Virus record (IMG/VR): IMGVR_UViG_3300008117_000066
Source: an uncultured virus (IMG/VR IMGVR_UViG_3300008117_000066)
Lineage: Duplodnaviria; Heunggongvirae; Uroviricota; Caudoviricetes
Reading direction: 5' to 3' (one strand)
Length of the DNA: 20,000 nucleotides
Shown here: positions 9,961-17,133 of the stretch, piece by piece
Layout: the number at the start of each line of letters is the position of its first letter
Position numbering within the stretch: position 1 is the stretch's first letter
The notes under the pieces: model-generated
Told to the model about the DNA's origin: nothing
Database searches by the model: none
The model's input: only the letters and a program-made list of their open reading frames with translations
Position numbers and translations under genes: made by a program

Positions 9961-12312
9961 ATGTATTCATTCGCTCAGACATTTTACATCGATAAAGCAG
10001 CAGTAAAAAGCGCCCCAAGCGTTCTGCTTACGAGTGTAAAGCTTTACTTCAAGAGAAAGCCAAAGGCTACCAATAACCGTTCAGGTATTGTTAATCCTGG
10101 TGTGGTCATTGGGATAAGCGAAACTGATAGCTCATACAGCCCAGACTCGGCTCGTGTTATCAAGGGTACAACAGTCCGTTTATCTTATGATCAGGTTAAT
10201 GCTCTGGCAGATGCCTCTGTTGCATCTGTGTTCACCTTTGACGCACCTGTTTCTGTCGCCTCAGACCGCTTCTACGCTATCGTAATCAAGTTTGAAGACC
10301 CAGACTTCGAATTGTGGCAAAACGTCCAGGGTGACCGTCTGGTGAACACCAACACCCCATCCCCAGGTGCTTCTGGAACTAGCGATGGTAAGTTCTATCA
10401 GTTTAACAACTATTCAGCTCCGCTGGCGATGAATAATGTAGACTTGAAATACAAGGTATCTGTTGCCAAGTTTGCAGCCAATACTGTCACAGTCGATCTG
10501 ATTCCCAAGTCTCAAGAGTTCGTCAAATACTCAACCATGACAGCACCAATGCTTTCTGGCGAGTATGTCTATCAGGACTTTGGTGGTCATGCCAACGGTG
10601 CTCTTGGCGCAAACGTTACGTTCTATGCGACAGGTACAATCAATGTTGCTTCAAACTCAACAATAGTAACTGGTTCCGCAACAGTTGGTTTCATCACAAA
10701 CGGATTAGCTGTTGGTGACTTTATTGTTATCACAGACGGTACTGCTGGCAACACCGATGTTGTTCAAGTCGATCAGATTATCAGCAATACATCGATCAAC
10801 ATTGCAACTAAACCATCGTTCACTGCCAATGGCGTATACTACAAAAAGACTGTGGTTGCCAAATACTTCACCACAGATAAGCTCTCTGATGAAGTTATTT
10901 TCACAGACTCAACTGCAAACGCAACAGCCTACTTTACCAACACTTCTATCCAGACAGCTGCCATAACCAATGGTGGTACAGGATATGCCAACGGTGATAC
11001 CCTTGAAGTATCTGGCGGTGGTTCGACTTCTAACGCTTACGCTACCATCACAACCGATGGAAGTGGTGTCATTAATCGCCTGAACTTCACTAATGTTGGT
11101 CTTGGATTCACAAGCACTCCAACCACAACAATCACCACAGTCGGTGGTGCTTCTGCTACATTCACCTATACCATTGGTAGCTTGATCCGTGGCAGATCAT
11201 CACAGTCAAGACTGAAACTTCAGCAAGTCAATAACAGAAAAACTAAGTTCATCAAGCCGAAAGTTGGTATCAGCCTACCACCAAGTGCTAAAGCTACCTA
11301 CACAATGAACTTCTCGAACACTGCATACAACCTGGACAACAACAGAGAAGTCAAGGGCGAAAACGATAAGATCAAAGAGCTAAACTATGATGCTGTCATT
11401 GCGTCAAGATCAAATGAAGTTCTAAACGGAACTAACTTGTTCAGTGATGCCAACTCGAAGAAACGCTCTGGTAAGATTCGCGTGAAGATTGATATGGCAG
11501 ATTCTGGAAACAGCAGTGTGTCTAGCTTTTCCAGCCCACTTATCTTCGATAACAAGCTTGAACTACTGACAATGAGAGCCGACATTAACAATGATGTTAC
11601 TGGTGAAGAAGGTCGCTATGGTAATGCTGCATGTAAGCATATTACCAAGCGTATCACATTCGGTGAAGGCAAAGCTGCGGAAGATCTAAAGATTTTCATC
11701 AATGCATACCGTCCACCAAACACTGATATCAAGATCTATGCAAAGGTACACAACTCATCTGACCCAGAACCATTTGATGATAAGGGCTGGTCAATGCTTG
11801 AAATTGAGTATGGTGCTGATCAAGTGAGCAACCAAAATACTCCAACCGATATGCGCGAGTATGGCTATGGTCTAACATCATACCCAACATTGGATGCTGT
11901 TCTGACTGGCACATTCCAGACACAAGGTAATACACAAGTTGTCGGTGTTGGATCCTTGGCAAACACAGAGCTTGTCGCAAACGATTTGGTTCGTATCTAC
12001 GATCCGCTGTTCCCAGAGAACTACGAGATCGCTGTTGTTGCAAACACAACAAATACAACCGTGTTTGATATCACAACTAACCTAGTTAACCTGAATGTCA
12101 ACAATATTTCTGGTCTGAAGGTAGATAAGGTCAAGCATAAATACTCCGTATTCAATAACACATCTGGTGATAACGTTGCCAGATACTACAGCACAACAAT
12201 GGTTCCATACGATAAATTCGACTCCTACTCGCTAAAAGTTGTACTCCTGTCTTCTGATGGTATTGCGGTTCCAAGAGTTGATGATATCAGATCACTAGGG
12301 GTTTCCGCATAA
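9961..12312 (+). CDS. Virion structural protein (783 aa), equivalent to the C-terminal part of VrlC/DUF4815-like proteins
   Basis: Starts MYSFAQTFYID..VLLTSVKLYFKRK, contains DLKYKVSVAKF and KHITKRITF..AEDLKIFINAYRP, ends YSLKVVLLSSDGIAVPRVDDIRSLGVSA; AGGA upstream. Confidence 0.75.
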   Translation: MYSFAQTFYIDKAAVKSAPSVLLTSVKLYFKRKPKATNNRSGIVNPGVVIGISETDSSYSPDSARVIKGTTVRLSYDQVNALADASVASVFTFDAPVSVASDRFYAIVIKFEDPDFELWQNVQGDRLVNTNTPSPGASGTSDGKFYQFNNYSAPLAMNNVDLKYKVSVAKFAANTVTVDLIPKSQEFVKYSTMTAPMLSGEYVYQDFGGHANGALGANVTFYATGTINVASNSTIVTGSATVGFITNGLAVGDFIVITDGTAGNTDVVQVDQIISNTSINIATKPSFTANGVYYKKTVVAKYFTTDKLSDEVIFTDSTANATAYFTNTSIQTAAITNGGTGYANGDTLEVSGGGSTSNAYATITTDGSGVINRLNFTNVGLGFTSTPTTTITTVGGASATFTYTIGSLIRGRSSQSRLKLQQVNNRKTKFIKPKVGISLPPSAKATYTMNFSNTAYNLDNNREVKGENDKIKELNYDAVIASRSNEVLNGTNLFSDANSKKRSGKIRVKIDMADSGNSSVSSFSSPLIFDNKLELLTMRADINNDVTGEEGRYGNAACKHITKRITFGEGKAAEDLKIFINAYRPPNTDIKIYAKVHNSSDPEPFDDKGWSMLEIEYGADQVSNQNTPTDMREYGYGLTSYPTLDAVLTGTFQTQGNTQVVGVGSLANTELVANDLVRIYDPLFPENYEIAVVANTTNTTVFDITTNLVNLNVNNISGLKVDKVKHKYSVFNNTSGDNVARYYSTTMVPYDKFDSYSLKVVLLSSDGIAVPRVDDIRSLGVSA
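12136..12143 (+). promoter_or_regulatory. Putative late promoter CATAAATA
   Basis: 168 nt upstream of the ATG at 12312, inside the 3' end of the 783-aa gene. Confidence 0.35.
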
Positions 12313-12518
12313 TGAACGCTGCATTCAAGACAAATGCCGAAGGTTTTATTAGAGATAGATCTACTGCTGCCATCATAAATACAAATGATTCAGAGTATAT
12401 GACTATCCTCAAAGAACGAGAAAAAGCTAAACGTTTGGCTAAGCTTGAGAAAGATGTTGAATCCATAAAGAACGAACTGAAAAGCATTAAAAATTTAATC
12501 GCCAATAGGGATCAATAA
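12312..12518 (+). CDS. Small coiled-coil protein (68 aa)
   Basis: RDRSTAAIINTN motif followed by heptad-like LAKLEKDVESIKNELKSIKNLI; TAATG overlaps at both ends. A similar small gene is recalled after the VrlC-like gene in T4-like cyanophages. Confidence 0.75.
   Translation: MNAAFKTNAEGFIRDRSTAAIINTNDSEYMTILKEREKAKRLAKLEKDVESIKNELKSIKNLIANRDQ
12374..12381 (+). promoter_or_regulatory. Putative late promoter CATAAATA
   Basis: 136 nt upstream of the ATG at 12518. Confidence 0.4.
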
Positions 12519-13390
12519 TGGCAAGAAGTACTCCAAACGTTACAATTGCTACCGACACATTTGGGCAGTGGATAACCAAAACTAACGAACTAGCTGACTT
12601 AGCTTCAACTGGTGCAGTCACTGTTGCTCCTGGTGCTGGTGATACTGTATCGGGTAATGGTACAATTGATGGTATTCTTGTTGTAACTACCCTAGTGGCT
12701 AACGGTGCTATCCGTGGCGGTGATCTTACATCAACAAACACACTGAGTGTAAGCTCTAACCTGGCAGTGACTGGAACTGCAAACGTATCTATCGCAATCA
12801 ATGTTGGCGCAAACGTCACTGCAAACACCACAGCAATTAAGCTTGGTAACAGCACAGTAAACACCGTCATTGTTTCTACTGGTATCGATACAGACGGTAC
12901 GCTGGCTGTCGCTGGTAACGTTGCAGCAAATGGAACAGCCTTTGTTGTGGACACAGCCAATCTAAGAGCTGGTGTTAATACCGCTGCGGTCTCCAACAAA
13001 GCACTGGCAGTTGCTGGTAATACCCAGGTCACTGGCGAGATGTATGTTGATGGAACCCTGGCGATCAAGACTGCTGATATCATTGCAAACACAACAAACG
13101 TCACAGCGACAAATGCTCTTTCTGTAATCGATAGCTTCCCACTGGCTGCTGCAAGCGCCTGTAAGTATTTGATCAACATAAAGAAACCATCAACATCTGG
13201 CAGACACAGCATTGAGATGTTGGTCATGCACGATGGTACTGATGTTTATGCAACTCGTTATGCTGAGTTGTTTAACACATCACTCGGAACATTCACAACA
13301 ACAATAAATGCTACAGCAGTAGCTATCAATTTCACGCCAGCAGCCACAGGAACATTTGAAACAGCGACACTTCGCATTCAAGTAGACTAA
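12518..13390 (+). CDS. Fibre/adaptor virion protein (290 aa)
   Basis: N-terminal TDTFGQWITKTNEL motif, Gly/Ala/Thr/Asn-rich beta-repeat shaft, and a compact C-terminal domain (IDSF..KYLI..EMLVMHDGTDVYATRY..LGTF) of a type common in fibre clusters of aquatic T4-like phages. Confidence 0.65.
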   Translation: MARSTPNVTIATDTFGQWITKTNELADLASTGAVTVAPGAGDTVSGNGTIDGILVVTTLVANGAIRGGDLTSTNTLSVSSNLAVTGTANVSIAINVGANVTANTTAIKLGNSTVNTVIVSTGIDTDGTLAVAGNVAANGTAFVVDTANLRAGVNTAAVSNKALAVAGNTQVTGEMYVDGTLAIKTADIIANTTNVTATNALSVIDSFPLAAASACKYLINIKKPSTSGRHSIEMLVMHDGTDVYATRYAELFNTSLGTFTTTINATAVAINFTPAATGTFETATLRIQVD

Positions 13391-13418
13391 GCCATTAGCG
13401 GATAGGGAGACTTATGGC
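13391..13418 (+). promoter_or_regulatory. Hairpin leader covering the RBS and start codon of the 393-aa collagen gene
   Basis: GCCAT-t-AG (13391-13398) pairs with CT-t-ATGGC (13411-13418); loop CGGATAGGGAGA. It begins right after the upstream TAA. Confidence 0.5.
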
Positions 13419-14595
13419 AACAAATAATAAAGACTTCGTAGTAAAAAACGGTATCGTAGTAACAGAAGACGCAAATATTCAAGGCGTACTGAAGTCTAAC
13501 GGAACAACCATTGTTGATGCTACTGGTGCTTGGGTTGGTAGTACAGCTGGTCTACAAGGAACAACAGGCACCCAGGGGACAACAGGCACTGCTACACAAG
13601 GAACAACAGGATCACAAGGACCACTTGGCATACAGGGTGCTAATGGTGCACAGGGTACTGCTGGAGCAGCAGCTGCACAAGGCGCAACAGGGTCACAGGG
13701 TGCTACTGGTACACAGGGAACCATAGGTACAACAGGTTCAACAGGAACAACGGGTGCCCAGGGCACTGCTGGAGCAGCAGCTGCTCAAGGCGCAACAGGA
13801 TCACAGGGTGCTACTGGTACACAAGGTACAACGGGTGCTAATGGTACAACAGGTACTCAAGGCACGGCTGGTTCTAATGGCACACAAGGTACTGCTGGTT
13901 CTAATGGATCGCAGGGCACACAAGGAACAACAGGTGCTAATGGTACAACAGGTGCTCAGGGCACTGCTGGTTCTAATGGTACTCAAGGTACTGCTGGCAC
14001 TAATGGAACACAAGGCACAACAGGCGCACAAGGTACTGTCGGTGTAACAGGATCGCAAGGTGCTACAGGCACTCAAGGAACGACTGGTACTTCTGGTTCT
14101 AATGGATCACAAGGTACAACAGGTACTCAAGGCACAACTGGTACAACTGGTGCACAAGGCACAGCTGGTACTAATGGATCACAGGGTGTACAAGGTCGCC
14201 AGGGTGCTACTGGTTCACAAGGTACAGCTGGCACTAATGGTACTAATGGAACACAAGGCGCTACAGGTGCACAAGGTACGACAGGTACACAAGGTCCGAC
14301 AGTAGTTCCATTAACAACTAGCACGGCACTAACTACAGCTGATGTCGGTAAATGTACATCTGTTTCGACTAACGTGACTATTCCAAACTCGACATTTGCA
14401 GCTGGTGATATTGTCAGCATTTATAACAATAGCGCATCTTCTATTACGATCAGCGGAACTCTATCTTCCTCTGGCACATTAAGACTAGCTGGAACAACTA
14501 CAACTGGAACCAGAACCCTGGCTGCTTATGGTATGGCTACTGTGTGGTTCAGAACGAGCACTGAAGGCATCATAAGCGGAGCAGGGCTAAGCTAA
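13414..14595 (+). CDS. Collagen-like tail fibre (393 aa)
   Basis: N-terminal KDFVVKNG motif, about 250 aa of Gly-X-Y repeat (13549-14301), C-terminal ~97-aa beta domain ending TLAAYGMATVWF..IISGAGLS. Confidence 0.8.
   Translation: MATNNKDFVVKNGIVVTEDANIQGVLKSNGTTIVDATGAWVGSTAGLQGTTGTQGTTGTATQGTTGSQGPLGIQGANGAQGTAGAAAAQGATGSQGATGTQGTIGTTGSTGTTGAQGTAGAAAAQGATGSQGATGTQGTTGANGTTGTQGTAGSNGTQGTAGSNGSQGTQGTTGANGTTGAQGTAGSNGTQGTAGTNGTQGTTGAQGTVGVTGSQGATGTQGTTGTSGSNGSQGTTGTQGTTGTTGAQGTAGTNGSQGVQGRQGATGSQGTAGTNGTNGTQGATGAQGTTGTQGPTVVPLTTSTALTTADVGKCTSVSTNVTIPNSTFAAGDIVSIYNNSASSITISGTLSSSGTLRLAGTTTTGTRTLAAYGMATVWFRTSTEGIISGAGLS
13549..14301 (+). repeat. Collagen Gly-X-Y coding repeat (9/18-nt periodicity)
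   Basis: Alternating G-x-Q / G-x-T triplets; includes a 65-nt duplication (13651-13715 and 13759-13823, three synonymous differences). Confidence 0.95.
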
Positions 14596-15041
14596 TGTCA
14601 GCACATCAAATGCTATTGAGTACCCCACAATTTGTAGTTAGTATTGGTGATATAGCAAACGCATATGCATCCACATCATCTTCTGATCAAAATATCAAAG
14701 GGTGGACTTTTAAGCCAGATGGTAATACTGTTCTTGCTGTAGCAGCAACCGCAACCCCAACGCTACCAGATTGGGGATCTCCGCTATCAACCGATATTGG
14801 TAGTGGATATTGGGTTAGAGTTTCTTACAATGTGGTTGATAACACCCCATCCATAACACAGACGGGTACATTTGATACATGGCTTCAGATGAATGTTGAT
14901 AGAACTTTTGGATTTTCTAAACCATCAACAGGAAATCCAGGAACAGCATCTACAGCATACACCATAAATATTTCCACAGATTCATCTGGAACAAATATCG
15001 TTGATACCGCAACGTGGACCGTAACCATGGGCTATTTCTAA
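14595..15041 (+). CDS. Putative fibre-tip adhesin / receptor-binding protein (148 aa)
   Basis: TAATG-coupled to the collagen fibre; begins MSAHQMLL; Trp/Tyr-rich beta protein (DWGSP..IGSGYWVRV..TWLQM..ISTDSSGTNIV). Function inferred from position and composition. Confidence 0.5.
   Translation: MSAHQMLLSTPQFVVSIGDIANAYASTSSSDQNIKGWTFKPDGNTVLAVAATATPTLPDWGSPLSTDIGSGYWVRVSYNVVDNTPSITQTGTFDTWLQMNVDRTFGFSKPSTGNPGTASTAYTINISTDSSGTNIVDTATWTVTMGYF
14963..14970 (+). promoter_or_regulatory. Putative late promoter CATAAATA
   Basis: 83 nt upstream of the 44-aa ORF ATG at 15054. Confidence 0.45.
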
Positions 15042-15053
15042 TAGGAGAACAAT

Positions 15054-15188
15054 ATGTCAGTAGGCGCAATCGTAGGAATTATCGTAGTAGTCGGTGTAAT
15101 TTTATTTTTCGTAAAAGGCTCTAAGAAAAAAACAAAATCTGTAGTTTTACCACCAGATACAGACAATCGTCCACCATATGCAAAATGA
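15054..15188 (+). CDS. Small single-pass membrane protein (44 aa), not in the supplied ORF track
   Basis: AGGAGA RBS at 15043-15048, ATG 15054, TGA 15186-15188: MSVGAIVGIIVVVGVILFFVKGSKKKTKSVVLPPDTDNRPPYAK. It fills the gap between neighbouring genes; 20-residue hydrophobic segment followed by a Lys cluster. Confidence 0.8.
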   Translation: MSVGAIVGIIVVVGVILFFVKGSKKKTKSVVLPPDTDNRPPYAK

Positions 15189-15195
15189 GTAACAA

Positions 15196-15528
15196 ATGGC
15201 AACCAAAGCAAATCTAGTAATCGACCAGGGAACAGACTACTCAACAGTTGTTAATGTAACGACTGATGATGGTGACGCAGTTGATTTGACTGGCTATACA
15301 GGTCGCGGTCAGATCCGCAAACACTACACCTCATCAAATTCGGTGTCGTTCAATGTGTCCGTGTCAAATGCTACTGGTGGTGAAGTAAGTCTTGCTTTAA
15401 CAGCCAATCAGACTTCAAGAATAGCTTCTGGTAGATACGTTTATGACGTAGAGGTTGTAAGCTCCGCTAACATAGTATCCAGAATAGTGGAAGGTATTGT
15501 CACCCTGACACCAGAAGTCACCAGATGA
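15196..15528 (+). CDS. Virion adaptor protein (110 aa), BppU N-terminal-like beta-sandwich
   Basis: NLVIDQGTDYS..DLTGYTGRGQIRKHY..GEVSLALTANQT..GRYVYDVEV..RIVEGIVTLTPEVTR is a common small structural family in T4-like aquatic phages; fold assignment is from recall. Confidence 0.7.
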   Translation: MATKANLVIDQGTDYSTVVNVTTDDGDAVDLTGYTGRGQIRKHYTSSNSVSFNVSVSNATGGEVSLALTANQTSRIASGRYVYDVEVVSSANIVSRIVEGIVTLTPEVTR

Positions 15529-15782
15529 AAGCGATAGTTAGACGCAACCAGATAATAACGGTATCGACAGCCCCATCAGGCAGTCTGGTCCAGGATGCGC
15601 CTATTACCCTAAAAAACAGTATTGCAGATGGAACCGTAGCCACAATTGAGTCTATTGGAGATGTGGATGAAGTTAACGTCACAAATGGCGCAACACTGGT
15701 CTATAATTCTGAAATAGATAAATATGAGATAAAGCTACTATCATCAGACAGCATAAGCGGTTTAGATGGCGGAACATTCTAA
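15525..15782 (+). CDS. Small virion connector protein (85 aa) ending LDGGTF
   Basis: ATGA overlap with the upstream gene; contains IGDVD..NGATLVYNS..KYE repeat unit; C-terminal LDGGTF. Confidence 0.7.
   Translation: MKAIVRRNQIITVSTAPSGSLVQDAPITLKNSIADGTVATIESIGDVDEVNVTNGATLVYNSEIDKYEIKLLSSDSISGLDGGTF
15717..15724 (+). promoter_or_regulatory. Putative late promoter GATAAATA
   Basis: 76 nt upstream of the ATG at 15801. Confidence 0.45.
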
Positions 15783-15800
15783 TAATAATAAAGGTAATAT

Positions 15801-16859
15801 ATGGCTAACTCAACAATTCAAGTAAAAAGAAGTACAACTAATGCTGCGCCTACTGGGTTGGCTAATGGTGAATTAGCCTATACCGCTAATGGTGAGGTTC
15901 TTTTCATAGGCTCACCAAATGGTAATGGCTTATCGATAGCTATCGGTGGTAGACGATTCCCTGGTGTCCTGACTGCTAACCAGGTATTGGTCGCAAACGC
16001 AACGAGTGCTATTGACAAAGTAATTGTCGCTAACTTAGTCCCAACTCAAATTTACGCCAACGGTGGTTTTGGTACAGCGGGTCAAGTTCTACATTCTGGA
16101 GATTCTGGTAATGTTTACTGGGCAAATACAACTGCTGATATCACTTCAGTAGTTGCTGGTGACGGTTTAACTGGCGGTGGTACTGAGGGTGCTGTAACAC
16201 TTAACGCTGTTGCTGGTAACGGTATCTCCGTAACGGCTGATGCCATAGCTGTTTTTGCCAACACATCAAGTGGTCTAGTTGCCAACGTAACAGGTCTTCA
16301 TGTTAAGACTGGTGTTGGTGTAAGTCTAGACGGCAACGGAAACTTGGCTATCGGTCAGGCTGTCGCAACCACATCCAACGTCACCTTTAATGACATTACC
16401 GCATCTGGTAACCTGGTTGTTAACGGTACGCTAGTCACCCTTGACGTAGAAACCCTACAAGTCGAAGATCCGCTGATCGCCCTGGCTCGTCTGAATACTT
16501 CTGCGGATACCGTAGACATTGGTCTGTATGGCACATACAACGATGGTTCGACACGCTACAGCGGTTTGTTCAGAGACGCTTCAAACAGCGATATCTGGAC
16601 ATTCTTCGCCAACACAACCGTTGTACCAACAACAACCGTTGATACAGGTGGTACTGGCTACACATTAGCTGAAATCCTGGCTGGTTCTGGTCGTTTTAAC
16701 ACAGCCTTGACCCTACCATTCTTGGCTAACAACGGTGTTCTGATTGGTCAAAATACAAGCAGTATAGCTGCGGTATCATCTTCAACAGAGGGTCATGTCC
16801 TACAGATCAATTCATCTGGCATTCCAGCATTCGGTGTGCTTGATGGTGGTACGTTCTAA
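15801..16859 (+). CDS. Tail fibre segment (352 aa) with Mtd_N-like N-terminus, ending LDGGTF
   Basis: IQVKRSTTNAAPTGLANGELAY..LFIG N-terminal domain; fibre motifs DITSVVAGDGLTGGG, GNLVVNGT..LQVEDPLI..VDIG and EGHVLQINSSGIP; C-terminal LDGGTF. Confidence 0.75.
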   Translation: MANSTIQVKRSTTNAAPTGLANGELAYTANGEVLFIGSPNGNGLSIAIGGRRFPGVLTANQVLVANATSAIDKVIVANLVPTQIYANGGFGTAGQVLHSGDSGNVYWANTTADITSVVAGDGLTGGGTEGAVTLNAVAGNGISVTADAIAVFANTSSGLVANVTGLHVKTGVGVSLDGNGNLAIGQAVATTSNVTFNDITASGNLVVNGTLVTLDVETLQVEDPLIALARLNTSADTVDIGLYGTYNDGSTRYSGLFRDASNSDIWTFFANTTVVPTTTVDTGGTGYTLAEILAGSGRFNTALTLPFLANNGVLIGQNTSSIAAVSSSTEGHVLQINSSGIPAFGVLDGGTF

Positions 16860-16863
16860 AGGC

Positions 16864-16891
16864 TTGACAAATCTGAAAAACCTGGTATAAT
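16864..16891 (+). promoter_or_regulatory. Sigma70-type (early) promoter: TTGACA-16 nt-TATAAT with extended -10 TG
   Basis: TTGACA 16864-16869, TGG 16883-16885, TATAAT 16886-16891; intergenic, 31 nt before the ATG at 16923. Confidence 0.85.
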
Positions 16892-16922
16892 TGGGATGTC
16901 TTCCTTCATATAGGATTGGTTT

Positions 16923-17108
16923 ATGGATATTGAGTTTGTTAATGAGTTTCTGAGTGTTCAGAGAAAGACTGTAGAGGAATTGGTATCAAAGACATTAGTC
17001 TTAGAAACCCAAAAAAACCTGACAGAGAGTAAACTACTAAAGGCTTCTACCAGAATAGAAGAGTTGGAAAAACAACTTGCTAAGGCTACAAAGAAGGGGA
17101 CTGCATAA
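16923..17108 (+). CDS. Small coiled-coil protein (61 aa)
   Basis: AGGA RBS at 16912-16915; all-helical heptad pattern (VEELVSKTLVLETQKNLTESKLLKASTRIEELEKQL); own promoter and terminator. Confidence 0.8.
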   Translation: MDIEFVNEFLSVQRKTVEELVSKTLVLETQKNLTESKLLKASTRIEELEKQLAKATKKGTA

Positions 17109-17125
17109 GTTCCCTTTTCTTTTTT
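17092..17125 (+). terminator. Rho-independent terminator overlapping the end of the 61-aa gene
   Basis: Stem AGAAGGGGACT (17092-17102) / AGTTCCCTTTT (17108-17118) with two G-U pairs, loop GCATA, followed by CTTTTTT. Confidence 0.8.
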
Positions 17126-17133
17126 GCTAAATA
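17126..17133 (+). promoter_or_regulatory. Late promoter GCTAAATA immediately after the terminator
   Basis: Intergenic, abuts the T-tract, 55 nt before the ATG at 17189. Confidence 0.7.

Noticed and set aside
181..12312. Inteins, introns or homing endonucleases as the cause of the enlarged baseplate genes
   Set aside because: No intein splice-junction motifs or LAGLIDADG/HNH/GIY-YIG motifs were seen; the insertions are beta-rich structural repeats.
12487..13227. 246-aa minus-strand ORF
   Set aside because: Antisense to the well-supported 290-aa gene; explained by its Ala/Val/Thr/Gly codon bias, with no recognisable motifs.
13388..13416. Stop-codon readthrough fusing the 290-aa and 393-aa proteins
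   Set aside because: The ORFs are in different frames, no slippery sequence is evident, and the downstream gene has its own RBS and ATG.
15038..15244. 68-aa minus-strand ORF offered by the track for the 15042-15195 gap
   Set aside because: The + strand 44-aa ORF with a strong RBS, co-oriented with all neighbours, explains the gap better.
15780..15791. TAATAATAATAA run after the 85-aa gene
   Set aside because: Tandem stop codons in an AT-rich spacer before the next RBS; too short to support a separate function.
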